From positions 21,576,001 to 21,640,000 of the forward strand of contig NW_024704746.1 in assembly GCF_018977255.1 (NCBI RefSeq): 64,000 nucleotides of DNA, read 5' to 3'. The notes beneath the pieces were generated by a model that saw only the letters and a list, made by a program, of their open reading frames with translations, did no database searches and was not told the DNA's origin. Source of the DNA: Callorhinchus milii. Its lineage: Eukaryota. Of this stretch, positions 33,955 to 58,479 are shown piece after piece. The position numbers and the translations under genes are program-made. The stretch's first letter is position 1. The number at the start of each line of letters is the position of its first letter.

Positions 33955-35239
33955 GTTCCCTCTTGTGGGAAATGAGCAAAACACATTTTTCAAAAAGGTT
34001 ACATGTTGTCAAAGCTACCTGCGCTCACAGCTTGCGCTTTAGAAGTCCAGAAATGAGATTAGAGATCAACATTTAATTTACATTAAAGTGCAAAAAACAC
34101 AATACTACAAAATAGGAAAGGTATAAGTAAGCATTGTTGATTAATTAGCCCCAATTCTGACCACTTATTTTACATACTGTCCAACAATCTTGACCAGTTC
34201 AGTTTACAGGAAAGACTGATTTGTTGGGAGTTTGTAAATTACAACTTCTGAGCTGTTGTGTAGGTCACTCAATTGTGACCAGAATACATACTCCCAAGAG
34301 TAACTAATGATCTCACTGGTTGCTGACTTCCAACTCGCTGAGCCTGTGTAGGACGCTTTGTGTTTGACCCTCGAGTCCATCTGCTAACATGCAGTTGAAA
34401 CCCTTCAACAACAACAAGATTACAACATTACAAACCCTTATCTACAATCGCCTCTGCATTTGATTTTTCTAATTCCCTGCTCGTTGGTCTATACAGCGCT
34501 ACCCTCCACGAATTAGAATGCTGCTTGCCCTTATCCCACATAAAACTCCATGGGTGCATCCTTGGCTCGCTATCGACCGGCAGATTGTTTTAGGACCTTA
34601 ACTCTTAGCTTTAAATGCCCTTTGCCTACAAGTAAAATACTGTGAAGCACATTGAGATGTCTATGTGGCAAGGTGCTTGTTGCTCCCAACCTCTGCCCTG
34701 CCTGTTTCCTCCCTCTGCCTGGCACGCTCTGGCCTGCCCATCCCACCATAGTCAGTGCAGCTTCAATGAACTATATTCACACAAACTAAGCATTGGGTTG
34801 TCCCCTGCAGAATATTCAAGGTGGCCTCAAATTAGACCGATACACTACAGAGTTTAGTGAATCATTCTGCAATGAGCCCAAATCCCTTATGATTGTAACA
34901 ACACAATTTTATTACTGCTTTGTGTGCCAACTACCGACACAAGAATTCTTAACAACTAATCTTGTAAGAGAATCTGTCCGTGAAGTCTTAATGTTCATCT
35001 TAAAAAAAATCATGAATGCATTGTATGAAATATTATTTACATTTTTTTTAACAGCAAACCATTAAGTTCAGTTCCACCCCTTCCAAGTACGTTGCCACAT
35101 TTGAGTTAGGATTTATAAGAAATAAAAGTTGCTGATCGTACACCTGAAACATTTGTGTAATTGCGCTTTGAAAATGTGCTGTAAGCTATTTGTATTTTGC
35201 TTTTGATTGGGCTAAAAATAAACTTTATTTTAATATTCC

Positions 35240-35780
35240 CAACTGTGAGGAGATGCTGGACTTCCTCGAATCTAAAATGGAGGGTATAAGTTCAGCCAAC
35301 TCCACATCACCTCTCCTTCATGACCCATCCCTCCCTATGCTCCTTCGACCCTATCTCTTCCTCCTCCCTCACCACGACTGTCTGCAAACTCAAACCCACC
35401 ACCTGCTCCCTCGATCCCATCCCCACCTCCGCCCAACTCCACCTTCTGGCCTCTCTCCTGTCCGACGTCATCAAGCGCTCCTTATCCACCGGTTCAGTTC
35501 CCAACCCTGACCCGCCCGCCCCACCATTGGCGGGAGAGCCTTCAACCACTCTACCCCCAACCTCTGGAATTCCATCCCCCAGTCACTCCGCCTCGCCTCC
35601 TCCTTAGCCTCCTTCAAGTCCCACCTCAAGACCCTCCTCTTCGACTGTGCCATCGGCCACCCCCCCCCCTTCTGCCCCCCCCTGACCCCAGCTCGGATCT
35701 GAAATGCTGTACACTGTCCAGCGCCTTGGGACGTCCTCCCGACACGAAAGGCGCCACACAAATGTAATCCTGTTGTCGAT
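35240..35780 (+). mobile_element. Internally deleted L2 LINE
   Basis: LKPTTCSLDPIPT...IKRSLSTGSVP (L2 ORF2 pre-RT region) joined directly to the 3' tail GGCGGGAGAGCCTTCA...CTCTGGAATTC, as at 61880-62110. Confidence 0.8.
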
Positions 35781-36197
35781 ATCATCCGATGTTTCCTTAG
35801 CGATTGGCCGGATTAACCGTCGCCCTTTTCAACTCCCACTGCGCGACCCCTATTTGCCCGGTCTGCGCAAAGCCCCGTCATGAGGGGCGCTACGGGCGGG
35901 TCTTGTGTGTTAAAGAGAAAGAAATCGAAAGAACTTGTGAGGCCGACCGCAAAGTCCGGGATGACCCGCGTCCCCACACTGTAGCGGGTGACCAAAAGCG
36001 CCTTAGTTTTCAGCGAGAACCTGTTTGCCCTGAAAAAAAAATCATTTATTTAATAATTATTAAGAGACGTTGTGCACAGTCCCCCTCTCTGTGTGTGTGT
36101 GTGTGTGTTATATATTATTATTTATTATTATTATTATTATCTGTGGGGCTCTGGGACCTCACCCCTCACCCCCCCCATTGCCTGGACTCTGGAAAGT

Positions 36198-36271
36198 CAC
36201 GTGGTGGAGGGTGGTGACGTGGCTTCCGCCAGGGTATAAAGGGGGCCTCGCGGCGCCTCCCCGGTCTCTCC
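36198..36271 (+). promoter_or_regulatory. CpG-island promoter of the putative snoRNA host gene
   Basis: E-box CACGTG 36198-36203, TGACGT, ETS-like CTTCCG, TATAAA 36235-36240 and pyrimidine initiator TCTCTCC 36265-36271 30 nt downstream. A strong donor GAG|GTAAGA follows at 36358/36359, with YY1-type AAGATGGCG motifs in intron 1. Confidence 0.75.
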
Positions 36272-36854
36272 GGCCGCCGCTCGCGCTCCGGGACGGGGGT
36301 GTCCCGCGGTTCCCTCAGCGACGACACCGCGGAGGGAAAAATCCAGCCCGAGGCCGAGGTAAGAACTTCTCGGAGCTTCCCGCCAGGGATTGGACCCCCT
36401 AAACAGTCGAGCCCTCCTCGCTCCGCTGGAGAGGCCGAGGCTGGGGCCGGGCCTGGGCCGCACGGGGTCGGCGGGGGGTGGGGTGTAAGATGGCGCCGGG
36501 GCCTTCCTTCCCGCTCGAGCCTGAGGCCCCGGGAGGGGGGGGGGGCGCTCCCCAAGCGGCTGTTCCGCCCTTCATCAGTGATGCAGCAAAGTGCAGCGAT
36601 GCAAAAAGATGGCGAGACCTCTTGAGCCGACACCGTGAGGGAGGGCTTTGCCTTCGGCTGAGCGCTCGCGGACTCGCTGCTGACTCGGGCGGGCGGGGGC
36701 GGGGGTCAGGGTTAGGGTTAGGGGGGGAGACGAGGACGACGGTCATTGTAACACCGCCTTCTGTGGGGTTTTGTAGGGACAAAAGAGGAGGCTCGAGAGA
36801 AGCTTCTCCCCGAGAGTGGGCGGCGGGAGGCGGGGGGGGGGGTGGGGGGGAGTT

Positions 36855-37100
36855 ATCTGAGGAAGACTCGCAAAAAGACCCTAAAATCCCACACGTCGAG
36901 TCTTTTTGTTTGACTTTCTGAGGATTTGCATCGCTTCAGTGGGAAGATCCCGATGAGGTGCACAGCGCATGTGTTTTGGGTGCAGCCTCTCGTTCTTGGG
37001 CAGTCTGTTCTTTGCAGGTCCAGGAATATATTTTTTTTCTTCCTTGTAAAATACTTTTTCAGGCAGCAAACTCGAACTTGGGTCGTCCGCGTAGCCCTAC
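36855..37100 (+). pseudogene. Copy of RPS8 intron 3 end and exon 4 start with a 5'-truncated SNORD38 remnant
   Basis: ATCTGAGGAAGACTCGCAAAAAGACC...ATACTTTTTCAG|GCAGCA aligns to 30682-30900 and 40604-40820. Only the D box and 3' stem of SNORD38 remain. Confidence 0.75.
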
Positions 37101-37689
37101 GTCTTGAAGCTAATTTTCATCGCTTCCTGGTGATCGAGGAGGATGGATGGCTGCGAAACCTTCACCTATTTTGTCCAGGAAGAAGTGCTGTGCTGCAGGA
37201 CTGTGGGCGGCATGAGTTCAGACATCACGCCTCCATGCCAAGCTATGGGGTACACATGCATACTTTGTCCGGGGGGGAGTTACAGAAGAACGTACTTATT
37301 GTTGTTGGGGCAATTGATTAATTCTCATAATTATTAATTGGGTTAAGGAAGAGCGGAGCTGCTTCAAAGGCATTCTGATCTGACTTTTAGGGGCCAGTCT
37401 TTTCTCCTCTTGGGCTGCCACGTGTTGGATGCCCGTGGGGACAGATTGTAAACTAGACAGTTGCTACTTGTTTTGGAGGATTGCCTTGTGTGCACATTTG
37501 AATCCAAAGCCGTTAGGAAAGTGATAAATTGTGAGTAATTACAATTATTTTACATAGGCTGCCATATAAAATGCTGTTAAATAGTTGAAAACTGTATAAC
37601 ATGAGGAGGGATGATGGTGCAAAATGAAGCACCCTCTCACCATTTAAGTTGAATAAGCTGAATCATGTACATTGCATCTTTAATTGATC

Positions 37690-38007
37690 AGATAATAATC
37701 CTTGCATTTGATATAGCGCTTTTCTAGTCTTCTAGACGTCCCAAAGCGCTTCACAGAACACACTGTAAAGTGAATTGACTGTATATTTGTGGGCGAACGC
37801 GGCAGCCAATTGCGCACAGCAATGTCCCACAAACAGTCATAGATTGAAAATGACCAATTTATTATTTTTTGTTTTTTTGGAGGGATTATTATTAGGCTCT
37901 GTGTGGAGTAAGGAAACTTGCCCAAGGTTTCGCCCTTTGCCTGTAATTGAACTCGGGTCTCTCGCTTGCAAAGTGAGTGCTCTAACCACTGAGCTACAGG
38001 ACTCCAC
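37690..38007 (-). mobile_element. Full-length tRNA-derived SINE
   Basis: Reverse-complement head, core and tail of the family. Confidence 0.85.
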
Positions 38008-38284
38008 AATCTCAGAAAATGCAAAAAAGTGTTTTAAACGCCTCAATGGAGTAAATTTTAAATTTGCAACGTGCAAAGACTTGAAAGTTGGATTGTAGTT
38101 ATTTGAAACATAAAGTAGGTTACCAACTCTTGGTTCTGGATAGTACCCTGATTGTATGTGACATTCATGGGTGGGGGTGACTTCTTGGGAGCATTTTTCA
38201 CTGTTGGGCACTTGTGAGATGTCCTCCCAATGTAAAAGCCTCAGTATAAATGTTGGCTGTGTTGTACGGTTACAGATCAGCAAG

Positions 38285-38359
38285 TGTGAATGATGAACCT
38301 TAATTGCTGTGAAACTCTGAACTTACCGTGTGGAGAGTTATCTTGGAGAGCTGAACACT
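38285..38359 (+). ncRNA. SNORD55: SNORD55 copy 2
   Basis: C box 38290-38296, D box 38351-38354, 11-bp terminal stem, guide TATCTTGGAGAG intact, 71 nt upstream of an AG acceptor. Confidence 0.88.
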
Positions 38360-38699
38360 TGCTGACTATGTTCATTGTCTAATTTTCATTTTAGGATTGC
38401 ATTTTAATTTTGTGACTTATTGCAGGTGTTTCTGGGACAATTGGCACGAATGCCACAGGACTTGAGGCAAAAGGAAACCATTCCACAAACAGAGAAATCT
38501 TGAACCTGATCGTTGTTGGCTGCATGTGTATGGTAATTATTAGGTTATCAAAGAGCAGATCTGTTGTATTGCTTGTTTAGATACAGCACTGAATACATCA
38601 AGAGCACTTGTTACTGTGAAAGTCTATAGTATGTTTAATAATGGATTTGAAAGGTGCTGTAAAATGTAAATTGTGTTTGTATGGTTACAAATCAGCAAG

Positions 38700-38773
38700 T
38701 GTGAATGATGAACCCCAACTGCTGTGAAACTCTGAACTAAGCTGTGGAGAGCTATCTTGGAGAGCTGAACACT
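38700..38773 (+). ncRNA. SNORD55: SNORD55 copy 3
   Basis: C box 38705-38711, D box 38765-38768, stem TCAGCAAGTGT/ACACTTGCTGA, guide intact, 73 nt upstream of an AG acceptor. Confidence 0.88.
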
Positions 38774-39460
38774 TGCTGACTTTATGTTCATTGTCTAATT
38801 TTCAATTTAGGATTGCATTTTAACTTTGTGACTTATTGCAGGTGTGTCTGGGACAGTTGGCACAAATGCCTCAGGATTGGAGAAAAAGAAAACCATACCA
38901 GAGAAATTATGAACTTAACTGTCGTTGGCCACATGTGTATGGTAATTATTAAGTTTTCCAAGAGCAAATCTGTGTTATATTGCTTGTATAGAGCTCTGAA
39001 TATATCGATAGTATGTTTAGTGATGGATTTGAAATATTGCATCTGCAATTTGGGCCACTTCTAGATCAGCCCACTTCTTGAGACCATTCTAGCAGGGAAA
39101 GCTCCGTGGTTGTGAACAAAGATGGTGCCCTTAAACCAAATAGTTCAACTGCCCCTTAGTCAGGTTAGTTGCTTTTTGAGCTATCTGCAGTTCAATAGTT
39201 TGTTTCTGGATCCCTTTGTGCATTCATGAATGTACTCTAATGTGATTAGGACAACTCTATACATACGCAACAGGATACACTATAAAAGAATGCAACATTT
39301 TTTGTTGAGAATTTAGCAAACACTCTTTGTCGGGTTAAATGGTGATTGAAATATGCAATGGCTGTTATGTGTTGCTTTCTGGAGATATTCGTGGCTTTCA
39401 TTTCATTTCAAAGTTCCATTTTGGAATTATTATTTTTTTTAGCAAATATGGTAACTCGTG

Positions 39461-39590
39461 TGCACAACTAAGTGACTTGTTGGCCAACTTGAGGTCTTGA
39501 AGTTTCATTCTTGTGCAAGATTAAACTCCAGCTTGCAGAAGGGCTGAGCTTTAACCCATGGCTTCTCCCTTTCGAAGGTTGGGGACAAAT
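39461..39590 (+). ncRNA. Box H/ACA snoRNA, copy B (canonical ACA), family not recognised
   Basis: Hairpin-H box (AGATTA 39518-39523)-hairpin-ACA (39585-39587) plus 3 nt, 130 nt long. Both internal pockets start 14 nt upstream of their box. Confidence 0.75.
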
Positions 39591-40240
39591 TTATCCTGTT
39601 GAGGGAAGCTAGCAAACAAAATAATTTTTCAAACGATTGGATGTTGTGAAACCTACCCTTAGTTAGCACTTTAGAGGGGCCCTGAAACTGAATTTGAGAT
39701 CAATGTTTAATTTACATTATAAAGTAAAATACAACAAAACGAAGACACAATTAAGCAATGTTGACTAATTAGCCCCAATTCTGAGGCTTCTTATTTTGCA
39801 CAGTGTACAATAATCTGTTAACAAGTTCAGTTTACAGGAAAGAGGCTTTGTTTTGTCAGGAGTTTGTAAATTGCAGGTTCTGAGCTGTTGTGTACTTGAT
39901 CCTCTTATGTGCCTGTTATTGATCCGCTGGAAAAGTCCATTGTAAGTTTAGTGATGGATTTGAAATTTTGTATCTGCAGATTGGGCCACACTGTCCATGA
40001 TGGTAATAAGAAATACTGAGGACTGCGATTGGATTCTGGAAATGTTTTTTGCGGCTTTTGAGTGTAAGTTTTTTGTTTGTTTGCTGTGGTTGCAGTTATT
40101 TCGGTGGGAATTAGTGCTAGGAACCCTCCAGACACCTTGGCCAAATGGCCATTTAGAAATTTGAGTTAGGCGGGCCCAGTGCTTTGATTTTTAGGACTGT
40201 CAAAGCCTATGCGTGACAGCAACCACTTGGCTTGCCCCAG

Positions 40241-40400
40241 ATAATAATAATCCTTGCATTTGATATAGAGCTTTTCACATCTTTTAAACTTCTCAAAGCG
40301 CTTCACAGAAAATACTGTAAAGTGAATTGACTATATTTGTGGGTGAAACGCGGCAGCCAATTGCTCACAGCAATGTCCCACAAACAGTCATGGATTGAAT
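40241..40400 (-). mobile_element. SINE 3' half
   Basis: ATAATAATAATCCTTGCATTTGATATAG...GCAGCCAATTG. Confidence 0.8.
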
Positions 40401-40544
40401 TTAAAGTTTATTTTTTTTATAATTTAATTTCTTAATGTTTAATGAGTAGAGTGCTTGGGTGTTAATTGCCAAATGGATGTCTGACAATCTTGTAGCTTCC
40501 TGTTGCATCATTTGAATCAGGCATTATCTTAAATATTTTGAGTC

Positions 40545-40614
40545 TTCTAATGATGATAACTTTGTCCAGTTCTGCTACTGAAGTTTAAGCGATGATACTA
40601 GTGATCTGAGGAAG
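40545..40614 (+). ncRNA. SNORD38: SNORD38 copy 2
   Basis: C box 40550-40556, D box 40606-40609. Identical to the RPS8 intron 3 copy. Confidence 0.92.
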
Positions 40615-41171
40615 ACTTGCAAAAAACCTGAAATCTTAAGTGAAGTCTTTTTGGTTGCATTTCTGAAGATTTGCATTGCTTCAGTGAGAAGATCCAAATT
40701 AGATGAATAAAATGTGTTTTTTTGGTTCTTGGGAAGCTGGTCTTTTGCGGATGCAGGACTAATTATAAAAAATACTTTTTCAGGCAGCAAACACGAACTA
40801 GGATCATCAATGTAGGCTTCAGCCTTACAGCTAATTTTCATCGCTTCCTGATGTTCAATGAGGATAGATGTCTGGCACCCTGTCTTATTTTGTCCAGGAA
40901 GAAGTGGTGCATGACTGAGGATAGCACGAGTTCAGACATAAAGCCGCCAAGCTGTGGGGGTACGCGTGCCTTCTTTCGCCCAGGTGGGGATTCTAGTCAT
41001 AGACGACTTAATTGGGTGTAAGGAAGCAGGATTGTTAAGCCTACACCATTAAAGTGGCAATTTCTGAGGTTTTAACTAAATGTAAAATAAAACTTAATAA
41101 TATTGCAGTTCTGCGTGATTAGTGGCATCCAACATATTAAATTAATTTCTGGAAGTTTTATTGTGTGGCAA

Positions 41172-41275
41172 TATGGATGATGAACACCCGACTTTGATAT
41201 AGGTGGGTTACTTTTGACCGTTTTGGTCTTATTTAAACCCACCAATGCTGCTTTGTCATAGTTACACTGACTATT
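41172..41275 (+). ncRNA. SNORD46: Box C/D snoRNA SNORD46 (U46/U40)
   Basis: C box ATGATGA 41177-41183, guide TTGTCATAGTTACA plus CTGA 41267-41270 (U46 signature, antisense to 28S GUAACUAUGAC), long internal hairpin GGTGGGTT/AACCCACC, flanking stem GGCAATA/TATTGCC. Confidence 0.9.
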
Positions 41276-41693
41276 GCCTGAGCAATTCATTTTACTACCA
41301 GAAAAAGAATAGTATTTATATAGTCTATATTCCTGCTTGTTTCTAAAAGCTGTTTTCATCACTGATAGCTTCCAATCCTTTTAGCCAAGTTAGTAAATGT
41401 TTTGCCTGGGGAACTTTATTCATTGCTGTATTTAAATTTTTATTTTAGGTTAATCCACACAGACTAATGAAAGTGAGGCATCTGGAGCCGCTTTGGTACA
41501 AATCAGATGTTGCTATTAAAAGCTATGGTAAGTTTTTTTTTGATCTAAAGAAATTGCATTGTGCCCATTGGGTTTTCTACCAGCATCTCTGCATGTATGG
41601 GAAGGTTAAGATTACTAACAAGTCTGATGTGAACTTGTGGCAGCCATTATATAAATTTCAGATTGATGTACAAAATGAGAGAATCACCTTGTC

Positions 41694-41764
41694 TTCTTGT
41701 GATGAAAATCTTTGTCCAGTTCTGCTACTGAAATTAAAGTGACGATACCGTGGATCTGAGGAAG
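41694..41764 (+). ncRNA. SNORD38: SNORD38 copy 3 (divergent paralog)
   Basis: C box GTGATGA 41699-41705, guide TGTCCAGTTCTGCTA-CTGA, D box 41756-41759, stem TTGTCTTC/GAAGACAA. Confidence 0.92.
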
Positions 41765-43579
41765 ACAATAGGATTGTAAAGTTGATCCTTATTTTTACGA
41801 AAAATAAACTGGCGCCACAGAATTGACCATTGTTTAGTGCTGGTTAGTGAAACGCTGCCTGGAGGTAACTATTGTAAAAGCCTTGTGTTTGATTTGAAAC
41901 AGTTGTTTTTAATTTGGTTTATCACTATGATTTTGCCTGAAGAGCTTTCATGCACTTTTAATCCAGATAGATGTTTAATGGTGAAAATGAGTAAGATTTA
42001 ATTGGATGAATCTTAACTTTTTCATTTACCTTTCATGTCAAAGATTGGACAGTGGTGACAGATGAAAAAAGCTTTGAAGAAAGGAGTTGAAGTTCTGAGA
42101 TCAAGATGTATTGTGGAAAATGTTGATGAAAAGCATTCCACCTTTTGTCTTTGCTATGTGATAGGGAAGTATGTGTGTGAATCTGTTAACACAATGGTTA
42201 TTTCCTTGATTCAAAAATAAAACTATTTTAATCAAAGGTATTGGTGTTTAATCAAATTGGTACAGTTAGCAGAACTTGTCAAACTTAGTTATTTCAGACA
42301 TAAAGCAGATTCCTTCATTGCTGGGAGGAGGAAGGATGTATGTACACCCTACACTGGCAGGTTTAGCCGGCAGGCGAGTACTAACTTAAGAGTGGCTTAG
42401 CTTTAATTCTTTAAACATTAAAGGATGTTTAAATCTTCATTATAGTGACTGGCAAAGCAACAACTTCAGTATCTTCCTCTGTACATTTGAGCTTCAAGTC
42501 TGAGCAATTTTCAAAAGGACATGGAGTAGAGCTAGTACTGTTTTGATCCTCCTGCTATTAGTAACTCATTGGGAGTGATCAAATCTGGAGTTGTGTACTA
42601 AATTGACACGAGTTGAGCAGGGGTGTGTGCATCTTGGGTCCGTTTGTGAAGGTTAGTCATCATTCAGCACTGGACTTACAATCATGCTATGATATAATAG
42701 TGAGGACTGGAAACAAAAATATACTTTTTAAACAAATTGAATGCCTCACAGTTTATGTTGGTAAAAGTTCAGAGGCCTCTTGATGTTACTCTCAGAACAC
42801 CTTTTGGACTGGTGGTTCTATTTCGCACACCAGTTACTCCTGTAGCTTCTGAATTAAAACTTTTTAGTGTGAGTATATGCCAAGCCATGCAGCAATTTTT
42901 TAAAAAATATATATATACCCTGGTTGGTTGCTCATATCCAACAAGTGAGTTACTCACAAGCCTACCTTGTAATATTAATGCATTTGATATCGTGCCTTAT
43001 GTCGTTGGGAAATATCAAAATGCTTCACAGGATATACTGTAAAGTGAATTGACTGTTTTTCGGGTGTAATGAGACACTAAGAGCATCAGTCTCGCACACA
43101 ATTATATCAGGTTCCTGTCACAAGTAGAACTCGTCAGCTGAGCTGGGAGCATTTGCTCTGCGAGTATTGTTCCACTCGATCATTGCGGCACAAGTTCGGA
43201 AGCGAGTGCCCATTTGCAGTAATTGCATTTCTACTTTTTTTAAGACGCAACAAACTCATTGAGAGAGAGGTCGGTCGAAATGAACCGACTTTTAACGAAC
43301 CAGAGTCTTCCCACTTGGAAGCGAGAACTCTTAACCGATACGCGACCAGCCTACAATATGAAACTTTTCAAAGGGCTGCGGAGAACAGTTCCAACAAATT
43401 ACATTCGTGTAGCGCCTTTCACATGGGGGACGGGACGTTCACTCCACATCTACGCCGCTGGTGGAAACGTGAGCAAATGCTCTCGCCATTCATTCGTTGA
43501 TTTATTTGTGGCGAGTAAGTGTGGTCCAAAGTGCAAGTTGTCGTCTGAAAGAGTGTCCCTTTAAGGGTCCCCGGGTACC

Positions 43580-43743
43580 TGCGCCTTTAAATTGCGCGCG
43601 CGGACGCGCGTGCGGCGGCGGCGGCGCGTCGGGTGGCGCTGCGCATGCTCCGAGCCTGGCAAGGTTTGAAATTTTGTCGGTTGGTGGCGGGCGGCGAGAA
43701 CAGCCGTTAACGGTCGTAAACGTTGGCACAAGCAAACGGAACA
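43580..43743 (+). promoter_or_regulatory. KIF2C CpG-island promoter with G2/M elements
   Basis: NRF1-like TGCGCATGC 43640-43648, CHR TTTGAA 43665-43670 and MYB-type palindrome CCGTTAACGG 43704-43713. These are consistent with DREAM/MMB control of mitotic genes. Confidence 0.65.

Positions 43744-58479
<14,736 letters not shown>

Larger units (their letters stand above)
38180..40825 (+). pseudogene. Rearranged RPS8 pseudo-exon/intron fragments
   Basis: Decayed exon 2 copies at 38426-38513 (1-nt deletion, ACT-TGA stop) and 38842-38925, an exon 3/exon 5 fusion at about 39050-39107, intron 5 and 3' flank copies at 39110-39895, exon 3 at 39980-40063 and the exon 4 start at 40784-40820. Flanking intron sequence also aligns by eye to RPS8. 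Confidence 0.88.
36265..42221 (+). ncRNA. Putative spliced non-coding snoRNA host gene derived from RPS8 duplicates; predicted exons 36265-36358, 37063-37249, 38426-38532, 38842-38941, 39980-40063, 40784-40959, 41449-41527, terminal exon(s) from about 41838
   Basis: Promoter plus TOP-like start, GT-AG bounded exons with no coherent ORF, six intact snoRNAs each in a separate predicted intron, and AATAAA at 42216-42221. The exon structure is inferred from splice signals only. Confidence 0.65.

Noticed and set aside
36703-36726. Telomere-like GGGTTAGGGTTAGGG
   Set aside because: Only about two units inside a G-rich island; not an interstitial telomere array, though it could form a G-quadruplex.
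35804-37337. Many 100-155 aa ORFs at the second CpG island
   Set aside because: GC-content artefacts that cross predicted splice sites and RPS8 intron-derived sequence; no recognisable protein.
37598-37668. C/D-like boxes with a stretch loosely antisense to 28S
   Set aside because: C box is imperfect and the complementarity needs several indels.
40826-40942. Possible H/ACA RNA ending CAG-ACA-TAA
   Set aside because: No ANANNA hinge box, wrong pocket spacing, and the structure is not kept in the 37100-37226 paralog.
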